Program-made: the position numbers and the translations under genes
In this document: positions 48,316-59,175 of the stretch, piece after piece
Layout of the letters: each line of letters starts with the position of its first letter
Position numbering within the stretch: the first letter of the stretch is position 1
The notes under the pieces: generated by a model
What the model was told of the DNA's origin: nothing
Databases searched by the model: none
What the model saw: only the letters and a program-made list of their open reading frames with translations
Source: a bacterium
GTDB lineage: Bacteria; UBA8248
Assembly: GCA_965219955.1 (NCBI GenBank)
Contig: OZ244799.1
Location: forward strand, 2,912,001 to 2,976,000
Direction of reading: 5' to 3'
Length of the DNA stretch: 64,000 nucleotides

Positions 48316-49325
48316 GGAGATCTCCTCCCAAAGATGCCGGTGGGCCTGAGCAGCAGCACCAGCACCAGAATGACGAAGGAAACCGCGAATTTGTAATCCG
48401 TGGACAGCAGTTGCACCAACCCTTGCGGCGCCCATTCTCCCGGCGTGAGGTAGGCGAGGAATTTCCTGTAGGCGTAGGTGAGAGCGACCTCGGAGAAAGC
48501 AATGGTGAAGCCGCCGGCGATTGCGCCCAGCGGGTTGCCCAGACCGCCTACGATGGCGGAGGCGAAGATGGGCAGCAGAAGGTTGAAATAGGTGAACGGC
48601 TTGAAACTCTTGTCCAGGCCATACAGGACGCCGGCGATGGTGGCGAGCGCCGCCGCGATGATCCAGGTGGTGCGCACGACCCGTTCCGGGTCGATCCCCG
48701 AGAGCAGGGCCAGGTCTTCATTGTCCGAGTAGGCGCGCATGGACTTGCCGGTGCGCGTGCGGTTCAAAAACCAGAAAAGGGCCGCCACGACAATGACGGC
48801 CGCCAGGATGGTCAGCCCTTGCGAGGTCTTGAAGGCGACGCCCTCATCAAGGCCGCTCAGGCGCTTGAAGGCCGGCGCCGTGATGATGAAGCGCTGCCCG
48901 TCGACGAACCACCTGTCGCCGGGCCCGATGATGAAGCGCACCACGCTGTTGTAGACGAACATTACCCCGACCGAGACGATCATCAACACCTCGGGCTTCG
49001 CTTTCACCCGGCGATAGAAGCGATACACCCAGCGATCGACCAGCAGGCAAAGGGCTACCGTGCAGAGGACGCCGAACGGCAGGGCCAGCAGGGCGGTCGG
49101 CAGCGGAGAGATCGAAACGTCCCAGTATTGAAGCACCCAGGTGAACAGGATGGTCGCCATGGCCCCGAAGGCCATGGTGTCTCCCTGGGCGAAATCCGAA
49201 AAGCGCAGGATGGCGTATATCAAGGTGACGGCGAGTGCGCCCAGCGCCAGTTGGCTGCCATACGCCATGGCGGGAACGATGACGAAATTCGACACCAGGA
49301 GCAGCGCGTTCAGGATGCCGTCCAT
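48312..49325 (-). CDS. Branched-chain amino acid-type ABC permease (LivH-like)
   Basis: FSDFAQGD, TGKSMRAYSDN..LALLSGI, AIVGGLGNP, LRPTGIFG. Confidence 0.9.
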   Translation of the reverse strand: MDGILNALLLVSNFVIVPAMAYGSQLALGALAVTLIYAILRFSDFAQGDTMAFGAMATILFTWVLQYWDVSISPLPTALLALPFGVLCTVALCLLVDRWVYRFYRRVKAKPEVLMIVSVGVMFVYNSVVRFIIGPGDRWFVDGQRFIITAPAFKRLSGLDEGVAFKTSQGLTILAAVIVVAALFWFLNRTRTGKSMRAYSDNEDLALLSGIDPERVVRTTWIIAAALATIAGVLYGLDKSFKPFTYFNLLLPIFASAIVGGLGNPLGAIAGGFTIAFSEVALTYAYRKFLAYLTPGEWAPQGLVQLLSTDYKFAVSFVILVLVLLLRPTGIFGRRSP

Positions 49326-49329
49326 CGCC

Positions 49330-50038
49330 TCAGCCGCCCAGGAACGCCCGGCGGACATCCGTGTTCATCATCAGGGCCGGGCCGGTGTCGGTATAGCGGT
49401 TTCGTCCCCCCACGAGGACGTAACCCCTGTCGGCGATGGCGAGGGCCTGGCGGGCGTTCTGCTCCACCATCACAACGGCGATGCCGTCGCCCGCGATGTA
49501 GAGGATCCGCTCGAACAACTCGGTCATCACGATGGGCGAGACCCCCGCCGTGGGCTCGTCGAGCATCAGCACCTTCGGGCGGGTCATGAGCGCGCGGCCC
49601 ACCGCCACCTGCTGGCGCTGGCCGCCTGAGAGTTCGCCCGCGAGCTGGCGGCGTTTCTCCTTCAAGACCGGGAAGAGGTCGAAAACTTGCTCCATGGTGT
49701 CCGCGATGTCGTCCTGGCGGATGAAGGCCCCCATCTCGAGGTTTTCCTCCACCGTCATGGAGGTGAAGACGTTTCCGGTTTGCGGCACCAGGCTCATGCC
49801 CCGGGCGACGCGCTCCTGGGGTTTCAGGCCGGTGATGTCCTCGCCATCCAGGCGAACCGACCCCTCGCGCATGTCCAACATGCCCAGGATTGCTCTCATT
49901 GCCGTGGATTTACCCGAGCCGTTGGGGCCGACGATGACCGTGATTTCTCCGCTTCGGGCGCCGATGGTGCACTCGTGAATGATGTCCGGCCCGCCGTAGC
50001 CGCCGGTCATGTTCTCGCCGATGAGGTAATCTTCCGAA

Positions 50039-50052
<14 letters not shown>
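49330..50052 (-). CDS. ABC ATP-binding protein (LivF-like)
   Basis: GPNGSGKS, LSGGQRQ, LDEPT, VEQNA. Confidence 0.92.
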
Positions 50053-50830
<778 letters not shown>

Positions 50831-50903
50831 GAAACCCACAAAGAACGCCAGGCCTCGCCGCCCGACCGCCTCGCATGGAGCGAACCCCCGACAAACGATC
50901 CGT

Positions 50904-52088
50904 CTAGCGGTAGCGCACGGTGGTGATTTTCCCACCCTTCACGAGGATCTCGCGGTAGTTGCCTGCGCTCTCGCCGGGTCCTATCAACTCAACCGCCGAG
51001 GCGCCCACGTAATCGACGTCGCCGCCCTTGGCGAGGATCTTGAGCGCCTTGGCCAGTTCACCGGGATAAATCTTCTCGCCCGGGGCGTTGGCGACCATCA
51101 TCACCTTGTCCTTGAGCTTCATGCTATTGCTGGAGCCGGCCGCCTGCATGGCCAGTAGAATCAAGGCCGCGGCGTCATAGGACTCGGGCACGAACGGGGT
51201 GCCCCCCTTGAAGCCCGCCTTCTTTGCCAGTGCGTCGAGTTTCGCCTTTCCCGGGCTGTCCGTGCCCGGGACGGTGCCGTAAGAACCGTCGAGCGCTTTG
51301 CCGATGGCCTTCGGCAGGCTCTCGGCGATCATGCCGTCGGGCAGCAAGAAGGTTTCGAACGCGCCGGTATCGACCGCCGCCCGGATGACGCCCTTGCCGC
51401 CCTGGTCCACGTAACCGGCGACGATGAGAACGTCGCCGCCCGCGGCCGAAAGAGCGCCGACTTCCGCCGTATAATCCGCCTTGCCGTCTTCGTGCGCCGC
51501 GGAAATCGTTATCTTGCCGCCGGCCTTCTCGAAGTTCATCTTGATGCTGTCGGCCAGACCCTTGCCGTAGTCGTTGTTGGTGTAGGTCAGGGCCGCCGAC
51601 TTGACGCCTCTTTCCTTCAAAACGTCGGTGATGACCTGCCCCTGCCGGGCGTCGGAGGGAGCGGTGCGGAAAAAGAGGCCGTTGTCCTTGATGGTGGAAA
51701 GAGCCGGCGAAGTCGCCGAGGGAGAGATCATCACGACCCCGTTTGGCAGGGCCACGTTCTTCAGTACGGCGATGGTAACGCCCGAACAATCGCCGCCGAC
51801 GATGGCGTTGACCTTATCGGACGTGACCAGACGCTCGGCCGCCGCCCTGGCGGCAGCGGAATCGGTGCAGGTGCTGTCGCCGCGTACAGAAACCACCTTG
51901 GCGCCGCCCAGCAAGGCGCCGCTGTCGCTGACTTCCTTGATCGCCAATTCGGCTCCCTTGGCCATACCCGGCGTCAGGGATTCGATGGGACCCGTATAAC
52001 CGAACAGGACACCCAGCTTGATTGTTTCGGCACTGGCCGTCGCGCTTGCAAGTAAAACCAGAGCCATAGCAACCAGCAGTTTTTTCAT
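50904..52088 (-). CDS. ABC substrate-binding protein (LivK/LivJ-like)
   Basis: Signal peptide; ISPSATSPAL, FFRTAPSD, NNDYGKGL. Confidence 0.92.
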   Translation of the reverse strand: MKKLLVAMALVLLASATASAETIKLGVLFGYTGPIESLTPGMAKGAELAIKEVSDSGALLGGAKVVSVRGDSTCTDSAAARAAAERLVTSDKVNAIVGGDCSGVTIAVLKNVALPNGVVMISPSATSPALSTIKDNGLFFRTAPSDARQGQVITDVLKERGVKSAALTYTNNDYGKGLADSIKMNFEKAGGKITISAAHEDGKADYTAEVGALSAAGGDVLIVAGYVDQGGKGVIRAAVDTGAFETFLLPDGMIAESLPKAIGKALDGSYGTVPGTDSPGKAKLDALAKKAGFKGGTPFVPESYDAAALILLAMQAAGSSNSMKLKDKVMMVANAPGEKIYPGELAKALKILAKGGDVDYVGASAVELIGPGESAGNYREILVKGGKITTVRYR

Positions 52089-52500
52089 CTCCTCTCCCCC
52101 ATTGATGATGGTTGAATAAAGCAATCATGTCGCAAAGATCTGCAATGCGGTTGAAACCGATTATACACGAACCTATATGATGGCGATCAATGAATTTCCT
52201 GAAGAAATGTGAATTCACGGGCGCAGCGCGCGTGACACGGCTCCGCCCCCCCCCGAAGGCGAAAACTTCGTCAAGCGTAAAGCCATCATACGGATTGTGT
52301 TCGCCATTTTGCAAACAGGAGAGCAGCCGTACGGGGATTGCTTTCCCCATCGCGTGAGGCGCATGGAGATATAACCAAGGGGTCAGTTTCAGCGCCTGTT
52401 CGTCAGAACGCAGGCCGACACCCCGGGATGGTTGGGCACAGGAGCGGAATCCTGCAACGCCTGCATCCGGTCGAGGGGATGATGTTCCCTTGTTTTCAGG

Positions 52501-52577
52501 TGGCACGCCCGGTAGGACTCGAACCTACAACCTTCGGATCCGAAGTCCGACGCTCTATCCAATTGAGCTACGGGCGC
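52501..52577 (-). tRNA. tRNA-Arg(TCG)
   Basis: GCGCCCGTAGCTCAATTGGATAGAGCG-TCGGA-CT-TCG-GA-TCCGA..GGTTCGAGTCC..GCCA. Confidence 0.95.
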
Positions 52578-52635
52578 GTGATATCCGTTGGTCTTGTCCG
52601 GAACCCAGGTTCCGCTCAAGATAATGTGAACGCTG

Positions 52636-52712
52636 TGGGGTGAGTGAGGGGATTTGAACCCCCGACCTCCGGGGCCACAACCCGGCGCTCTAACCACTGA
52701 GCTACACCCACC
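52636..52712 (-). tRNA. tRNA-His(GTG)
   Basis: G-1 encoded; CCGGG-TT-GTG-GC-CCCGG anticodon arm; GGTTCAAATCC; CCA. Confidence 0.95.
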
Positions 52713-52780
52713 ATGTCTCCATTCCCCTCACCTGCGCGTGGCCTCGCATCGGAGAGGGGAGCGCCGCGATTTCCAAAATA

Positions 52781-52857
<77 letters not shown>

Positions 52858-53238
52858 CCGACTCGGCGACTTTTCCGTGGCGACCCATTCGCAGGCGCCG
52901 CTTTCCGCCCGAAAGGCAAGAGAAAATATCACAAATCGGGATCGTCAACAATGCCTTGATGAGGATGCCCATCGCGGGCGAGAAGTTTCAAATCGATAAG
53001 AACGAGCTTGACATCCGGGTGGAAGCGGGGAGAAATCCAGGCCGATGAAACGCACTGATAAATCCGACTTGCGCACGCATGGGGCCTTCCGGCCCCGCCC
53101 CGCGAGCGCCCCCCTTCTCCCCAAATTTTCGCATTGAACGATTCAGTATAAGGAAACCGCCGGAAATGTCCAGCGGCGTTGGAGAATTTGCAATTTCATC
53201 AGGTGCGCGCACCATAAGCGGCCGGGATAAACGGAATC

Positions 53239-54132
53239 CTACTCCCCCTCGAAGGGTTTCCTGCGCACCCGGCCCTCGCCCACCAGGGCCGCCTTCATGA
53301 GGAGGATCAGAGTATTGGTCCTGGGGATGAGGTGGATGAAGCGGTCGAGTTTTTGATCGATCACGTCGATTTCGCTCTCAGAAAACCCCAGCGCCGCCGC
53401 CCGCTCCCTGCTCAGATCGACGGCGAAGGGAAACTCCTGCGCGGCGGCCGCCGCTGCGCCCTGCGCCTGCGTGACGGTGATCAGGTAGCCCGCCTTCGAC
53501 ATCTCTTCTTTCAAGAACGGCCAGACGCGCTCCAGGAAGGCGGGATGATGCCCCAGGGCGCGCCAGACGCTGCCCAGCCCCCCGGTCGCTTCGCGGATCT
53601 CCTGATACAGCGCGCCCAGAGAATCGTCCACGGCGGACGGGTCCACGAGGCTCTCGGCGCGCATGGAGGCGGGCGGACCGGTGGGCAGCGCATCGGTGTC
53701 CGCCTCAGAACCCGGGCGGATGCCGCCGATCTTCATGCCGTTGAGCGCGCCCTTGAGCGCCGCGACGAGAATGAGGTTTTTGGGATTCGCGTCGTTGTAT
53801 ATGTCCAGGACGCCATCGACCGCGTCGATGTCTTCCGGGGAGTAGCCGCAGTCGTCTTCCAGCTCTTCGCCCACTTCGGGCACGTCGGGCGGCATGGGCG
53901 GAGCCATCCGCATCCTCAGGTTGTCCGCGCAGCGCTCGAAATAAGCGATCGAGGCGTTGGGCCTGAGCGCATCCCAGGCCGCGCAAAAGTAATCCTCGTG
54001 CACCGCAAGGGTGCGGTAGATGAGGTTCACCTGCGTGCTGCGGAGCACCTGGCGCATATCTTCATATACCGCCGCAACCCGCCCTGCAGCGCTGCTCTCG
54101 GTGATTTCATCGAAAGTCATGGGTTTCATCAT
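53239..54132 (-). CDS. DehI-family (group I alpha-haloacid dehalogenase-like) protein
   Basis: Two internally repeated halves (YEDMRQVL..VNLIYRTLA / YQEIREAT..SVWRALG..PAFLERVW), NPKNLI, ~300 aa. Confidence 0.65.
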   Translation of the reverse strand: MMKPMTFDEITESSAAGRVAAVYEDMRQVLRSTQVNLIYRTLAVHEDYFCAAWDALRPNASIAYFERCADNLRMRMAPPMPPDVPEVGEELEDDCGYSPEDIDAVDGVLDIYNDANPKNLILVAALKGALNGMKIGGIRPGSEADTDALPTGPPASMRAESLVDPSAVDDSLGALYQEIREATGGLGSVWRALGHHPAFLERVWPFLKEEMSKAGYLITVTQAQGAAAAAAQEFPFAVDLSRERAAALGFSESEIDVIDQKLDRFIHLIPRTNTLILLMKAALVGEGRVRRKPFEGE

Positions 54133-54282
54133 CTTCCTCTTTTAGACCCGCAAGACAAAAGCGGAACAGCGGCCCGGTGAGGCGCTGAAGAAATCACCCA
54201 GAGTATAGGGGTGGCGATGGGATGGAACAAGCCGATACCGTCCCCTGAAGCTCCTCTATTTAGAAAAAAAAATGAAAACCGC

Positions 54283-54327
54283 TTGACAAAAAAGTTGAAT
54301 CCAAATATATTTGATCAAGTCAAATAT
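54283..54327 (+). promoter_or_regulatory. Sigma70 promoter with overlapping palindromic operator (marR-permease operon)
   Basis: TTGACA(54283)-17 nt-TATATT; atatttga-tcaag-tcaaatat inverted repeat at 54307-54327. Confidence 0.7.
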
Positions 54328-54427
54328 TGAAAAGAAAGATATTTGACGACAATTACAAAGCATTCTCCGGCGTCAGGCTTAAGCCGAAAATACTCGGTAA
54401 TGAACTCATAGAGGAGTTTTGAACGGA

Positions 54428-54913
54428 ATGGACACCACGCCGCAAGCCTGCTGCGAAAGCGCAGCACTCGAAACCCACGACCTCGGCGCGCGTCTCCACG
54501 TGGCGCTCGATAATCTCTTTCACCAGAAAAAACCCGCCGACAGAGAGGCCGTTTGCTGCCACGACATCACCCACAACCAGTGGGCCCTCCTCCAAATGCT
54601 CGCCGACACGGATTCGGAACCCCTCCCCATGGGAGTGATCGCCCGGCGGATGCGCCTCACCCCGAGCGGCGTCACGCGCTGCGCGGACCCGCTCGTCGAG
54701 CGCGGACTCATCGAGCGCTGCATGAAGGAAGGAGACCGCCGCGTATGCTGCCTGGGTCTGAGCGAGGCGGGCGCGGTGCTTCACGCGACCATATCGGAAG
54801 GCTGTGCGCTCGAAGACGGCACGCTTCTGGAAAGGTTCTCCCCCGAGGAGAAAGAAGAGATCGTCCGCGCGATAGAAAAACTCGCGCGCGCCGCCGAGGA
54901 GTTATCTTCATGA
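54428..54913 (+). CDS. Cys-rich MarR-family regulator
   Basis: ITHNQWALL, LTPSGVTR..D.LVERGLIER, GDRRVCCLGLS..G; three CC pairs. Confidence 0.85.
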   Translation: MDTTPQACCESAALETHDLGARLHVALDNLFHQKKPADREAVCCHDITHNQWALLQMLADTDSEPLPMGVIARRMRLTPSGVTRCADPLVERGLIERCMKEGDRRVCCLGLSEAGAVLHATISEGCALEDGTLLERFSPEEKEEIVRAIEKLARAAEELSS

Positions 54914-56007
54914 TCACCGAAGTGAAAACAACGCCTGCCGCAGACAGCCCCGCGTCATCCGCCGAAGAGGCCTCCTGCTGCGCGCCGGAGCCGAAAGCCA
55001 GGTGGACCTCCCCCTACCTGTGGGGCTTCATATCGATAGGCGCGCTTTTTGCGCTCATCCTCTGGGCGGGAGCGGGACGAGAGATTTCCGCCGAGATCAT
55101 CGCCGCGGAGATCAAGCGAAACCTCTTGTTCATGCTGAACAGCTTCTGGGGCATCGCGCCCTTTTTCCTCCTGAGCGTGGGGGTCTCGGCGTGGGTCACC
55201 GTCGCCGGATACGCCGACAAGATAAAAGCGGTGTTCGACAAGCGCCAGGGCATGGCCATCGCCGGCGCTGCGTCAGTGGGCGCCGTGGTCCCGTTCTGCT
55301 CCTGCGGCGTCATCCCCCTCATCGCCGCCATGCTGGCAAGCGGCGTACCGCTTGGACCCGTGATGGCCTTCTGGATCAGCTCACCCCTCATGAGCCCCGA
55401 GAAATTCGTGCTGACGGCGGGCGTTCTGGGAACGGACTACGCCGTCGCGCGGCTCGTCAGCGCCATCGTTATTGGAGCAGGCGCCGGCTACGCCACCTAT
55501 CTCATCGGGCGGGGCGGGAGACTCGACGGTGAGTTGAGGAACATCGTCGCGCCGGGCGCACAGGAAAACACGGGTGAACCCCGGATGCACAGGCCGTCCT
55601 TGAGCGGCTTCGCAGCCCAGGCGAGCAGCGTGGGCCTTTATCTCGCCAAATGGCTGGCCGTGGCGTTTCTCCTGGAGGCGCTCATCGTCCACTACGTCGA
55701 CCCCGCGTGGATAGGCGCGATACTCGGAAGCGACAACCCCTGGTCGATTCCGCTGGCGAGCGCGGTGGGCATCCCGCTCTACACCTCGGGCGTCGCCGCC
55801 ATCCCCATCACCAAGGGTCTCATCGCCGCAGGCATGGGCGGGGGCGCGGCCATGGCTTTTCTCATTGCGGGTCCCGTCACGTGCGTCCCCGCCATGGCAG
55901 GCGTGTGGGCGCTGGTGAAACGAAAAGTTTTGGCCATCTACCTGGCGGGCGGCATCCTGGGCTCACTGGTCGCGGGATACGCCTTTCAGCTTCTCGTCCG
56001 TTCTTGA
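54910..56007 (+). CDS. ArsP/DUF318-type permease
   Basis: PFCSCGVIPL, MAFWISSPLM, GIPLYTS, AFLIAGP; ATGA overlap with marR. Confidence 0.85.
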   Translation: MITEVKTTPAADSPASSAEEASCCAPEPKARWTSPYLWGFISIGALFALILWAGAGREISAEIIAAEIKRNLLFMLNSFWGIAPFFLLSVGVSAWVTVAGYADKIKAVFDKRQGMAIAGAASVGAVVPFCSCGVIPLIAAMLASGVPLGPVMAFWISSPLMSPEKFVLTAGVLGTDYAVARLVSAIVIGAGAGYATYLIGRGGRLDGELRNIVAPGAQENTGEPRMHRPSLSGFAAQASSVGLYLAKWLAVAFLLEALIVHYVDPAWIGAILGSDNPWSIPLASAVGIPLYTSGVAAIPITKGLIAAGMGGGAAMAFLIAGPVTCVPAMAGVWALVKRKVLAIYLAGGILGSLVAGYAFQLLVRS

Positions 56008-56015
56008 GGCTTCAG

Positions 56016-56047
56016 GCCCCCCGTCCCGGGGGGCCTTCGCTTTTTCT
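56016..56047 (+). terminator. Intrinsic terminator
   Basis: ggcccccc-gtccc-ggggggcc followed by a T-rich tract. Confidence 0.6.
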
Positions 56048-56145
56048 CCATAAACAATCCCCCTGCTCCTCTCGACAAGATGCGCTCATAACCGTAATCT
56101 CCCAGAAAAATTTACGAGATATTCCCACCCTGGAGACATGCGAAA

Positions 56146-57003
56146 ATGCCGATTTCCCTTCACGCCGCCGAGTATTCCGAACCCAGCAACATGAGCGTTG
56201 GCTACGTCATCACCACGCCCGAGGTGCGCTCGCCCCTGATGCCGGGCGTGCGCGGGAATTTCGGCGAAAACCTGGGCGTCCTCAAGGATTTGGGCTACGA
56301 CACGCTCGAAGTCGCCATGCGCGACCCCGAGGACCCCGACGCCCAGGGGGTGGAAGCGGAAATCGCCCGCGCGGGCTTTTCGGTGACGATGATAGGCTCG
56401 GCTCCCAGCGAGCTTCAGGACGGGGTGATGATGTGCCACCCCGACGCCGAGGTCCGCGAGGCGGGCGCCGCCCGGCTGCGCTCGCTGATCGATGCGGGCG
56501 AAAAACTCGGCGCCCTGGGCGTGAACATCGGCCGGTTCCGCGGCACGTGCATCCCCGGAGAGTTGTGGGAGACCTCGAACGGCTGGATGCGCGACGCCAT
56601 GACCGCGGGCGCGGACTATGCCGCCGAGCGGGGCATGAAGATCTATATCGAGCCCTACAACCGCTACGAGACGAACTTCATCAACACCGTGCGCCAGGGG
56701 ATGGAATACGTGAAGGAAGAAAAACACGCAGGCCTCGCCCTCATGATCGACAGCTGCTGGATGAATTCAGAAGACGCCTCCATTCCCGGGGCCATCTTCG
56801 CCGCGCGCGATTGGATAGAATACGTGCACGTGGCCGATTCCACGCGCGGCTATCCGGGTTCGGCCCACATCCACTTCGGCGACTTCATCCGCGCGCTCAG
56901 GGAAATCGGCTACGAGGGCGTTCTCTCCGTGCAGATCGACCAGAAGCCCGCCTTCCAGGTCGCGGCGGAGCGGAGCATCCGGCTGCTCAGGTGTTATTTG
57001 TGA
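56146..57003 (+). CDS. Sugar phosphate isomerase/epimerase (AP endonuclease 2 fold, IolO-like)
   Basis: IEPYNRYETNFINT, YVHVADSTR.YPGSAH, IGYEG. Confidence 0.85.
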   Translation: MPISLHAAEYSEPSNMSVGYVITTPEVRSPLMPGVRGNFGENLGVLKDLGYDTLEVAMRDPEDPDAQGVEAEIARAGFSVTMIGSAPSELQDGVMMCHPDAEVREAGAARLRSLIDAGEKLGALGVNIGRFRGTCIPGELWETSNGWMRDAMTAGADYAAERGMKIYIEPYNRYETNFINTVRQGMEYVKEEKHAGLALMIDSCWMNSEDASIPGAIFAARDWIEYVHVADSTRGYPGSAHIHFGDFIRALREIGYEGVLSVQIDQKPAFQVAAERSIRLLRCYL

Positions 57004-58247
57004 GGTCCGGGGATTGGGGTGTCCCTGCTGCCTCGAGCAATCGGTATCTTCTCGAGATGAGCGTCGACGGTCTGAATGATTTCCCTGGTTAGCGGGAGAT
57101 TTGTCTTTTCGGCCTGCCAAAGCTGATGAAACAGGGCCACGGTTTCATGGGCTGCATCAAGAACCAGCTTCTCGGGTAACAGCGCCTTGGCCGCAAGGTG
57201 AGCCAGTTCGTCTGCAGAGAATTCACTGAAACGCTTGGTTCGACTGAAATTCAGCGCAGCCTTCTCATCCGGGATATAGGATATCGTCGACACGAAATCG
57301 TAGGCGGGGGCAAGCACCGCGCGCCGCCGGTCAGGATAAATCAACGACCAGTTTTTCAAATGCATATCGGCATTACCGATCAACGTATTGAACGTCAGCC
57401 TGCGAATGAACTCAGCGATATCCGCATCACCGCCTTCCATGGCAATGACTTTGGCAATACTGCGATAATTCGCTCTCTCGTATTTTTTGTCTGGATAGAC
57501 ACCGAAGACTTGCGCGAAGTCCTCCATGTGGACGGGTATGCCACCCTCCAGCCGGTCAAAACGCTGTATGGCGAGCGCTTTTCCCTGCAGCCTGCCGATA
57601 TCTTCAGGCAGATTTCCGATCGCATCGACATCAACCAGCTTGAGAGTCGGCACGTCAATACCTACAAGACGGGCCAGGGTCATCATTGCATATTCGTTCT
57701 CGGGCACACCTGCGAATTCACGCGAAGGCAGCTTTATGATCCACGAGCCGCCGACGCCCCTGGCGGGAATCGTCAAACCACCGCTGGCCTCGGCAATCGC
57801 TGAAAACTTGAGTTGTACGCCGGCGAGTGAAAAGCGCAGTGCAGTTTCATACGGGCTCTCGTCATCCTGATTGACATGAACGTCCGGCGGCCATGCTTCA
57901 CCATCGGCGGGCTGGATCGTAATCGCCCCCGGAAGATCGCTACCGAGTGCCCGGAGCAGAAAAAACTCGCGCGCGGGACTCACACCGGCGTGTCCGGCGA
58001 GATAAGCACGTAAATGCCCTTCCGGCAACAGATTCGAAAAAAACGGCAACACGCTTGCCCGGGTCGGACGAAAGTCGGTGATCAATTCACCAAACTCGTC
58101 CTTGAAACCCAGCCCGAGCACAGGCCGATTCTCATCTGAAATATACTCGTCGTTGAAAGCAAAAAGCGTACGGTCGCCATCGACGCGCGTCAGCGTACCG
58201 ATTGGAACACCGTAAAGCAGGACGTCCAGGACAACGACATCAGACAT
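56994..58247 (-). CDS. hipA: HipA-family kinase toxin
   Basis: PFFSNLLPEG, FSLAGVQLK, HMEDFAQ, GNADMHLKNWS, LAPAYD. Confidence 0.92.
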   Translation of the reverse strand: MSDVVVLDVLLYGVPIGTLTRVDGDRTLFAFNDEYISDENRPVLGLGFKDEFGELITDFRPTRASVLPFFSNLLPEGHLRAYLAGHAGVSPAREFFLLRALGSDLPGAITIQPADGEAWPPDVHVNQDDESPYETALRFSLAGVQLKFSAIAEASGGLTIPARGVGGSWIIKLPSREFAGVPENEYAMMTLARLVGIDVPTLKLVDVDAIGNLPEDIGRLQGKALAIQRFDRLEGGIPVHMEDFAQVFGVYPDKKYERANYRSIAKVIAMEGGDADIAEFIRRLTFNTLIGNADMHLKNWSLIYPDRRRAVLAPAYDFVSTISYIPDEKAALNFSRTKRFSEFSADELAHLAAKALLPEKLVLDAAHETVALFHQLWQAEKTNLPLTREIIQTVDAHLEKIPIARGSRDTPIPGPHK

Positions 58248-58845
58248 GGTCGTCTTCTTCCAGCCGATAAGCCGGGCGCGCGGATTCTCCCGTCTCCCTG
58301 TCAGACAAACCATGCGCAAGCGTATTTCGGAGACTGCGAAGCTGGAAAAGAGAGGCGCGAACAGCGTCCAGACTCTCCGGGTTATCCCTAAAGGACTTCA
58401 CCGCATCCTCAGCGTTGCGAATCGTCTCGATGTCGTGACGTGGAATTAGAAAATGCTGGAGATCCCGGACATGACGCTGAAACTCAGCCAATTCAGTCAC
58501 CTTGGGGTGTAATTTTATAAGAGCGGCAATATGACGCTGAAGACGCCGAAGTTCCCGAAGCGTCCGACGTACACGCCCGCGGGCGAAGAGGTTGCTCTCT
58601 ACACTGTCTCGTACAATCGACTGAACGGCCGGGACGGCCTTGCGCGGCGCGAGCACCACCTCCAGTTCCAGAACACGGGCCAGCTTCACGAGGTTGGAAA
58701 CACGGAGATCGACGGTATTATTCTCGATCTTCGAGATATGGGCCTGCGGCACGCCGGTCTGCTCGCTCAGCGCGCGCTGGCTCAGCCCCTTGCCCTCTCG
58801 GGCGCTTTTCAGCATATCGGCTATGTGTTCCGTCGAATACACCAT
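58240..58845 (-). CDS. XRE-HTH antitoxin (HipB-like) with long C-terminal extension
   Basis: LSQRALS..TGVPQAHISKIEN..VDLR; ends RPAYRLEEDD; overlaps the hipA start. Confidence 0.85.
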   Translation of the reverse strand: MVYSTEHIADMLKSAREGKGLSQRALSEQTGVPQAHISKIENNTVDLRVSNLVKLARVLELEVVLAPRKAVPAVQSIVRDSVESNLFARGRVRRTLRELRRLQRHIAALIKLHPKVTELAEFQRHVRDLQHFLIPRHDIETIRNAEDAVKSFRDNPESLDAVRASLFQLRSLRNTLAHGLSDRETGESARPAYRLEEDDHV

Positions 58846-58855
58846 ATTTAATTCC

Positions 58856-58877
58856 TTTTATATATTAATATATAAAA
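58856..58877. promoter_or_regulatory. Perfect 22-bp palindrome upstream of the HipB-like gene (probable autoregulatory operator)
   Basis: ttttatatattaatatataaaa. Confidence 0.55.
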
Positions 58878-59084
58878 ATAATATATCTTCATATATCATA
58901 ATCATGCTCGATTCAAGATTCAACAGATAAACCAATGAACAATTTTATTCGATACGCTTTTGTAGAGCACAAAGAGCAAAGGCCGCTCCGAAGAGTGGCC
59001 CTTGAGCCGACAGCACGCTGCCGACGGGTATATTCACCTACCCTATGACCGGATAGACGTACCCGCAATCGGCAAGGGCTCGCC

Positions 59085-59175
59085 CCTGCTTCTCGCACTC
59101 GCCGCGCGTAATCTTGGTGGCGATATGGGCCGGGAATGCGGGGAAAATTCTGACGACTCTCTTCTCCTTCTCGTC
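59085..59175 (-). pseudogene. Second copy of the 3' end of gene 59862-60326
   Basis: 91 bp ungapped match to 59861-59951 (14 mismatches); encodes DEKEKRVVRIFPAFPAHIATKITRGECEK. Confidence 0.85.
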
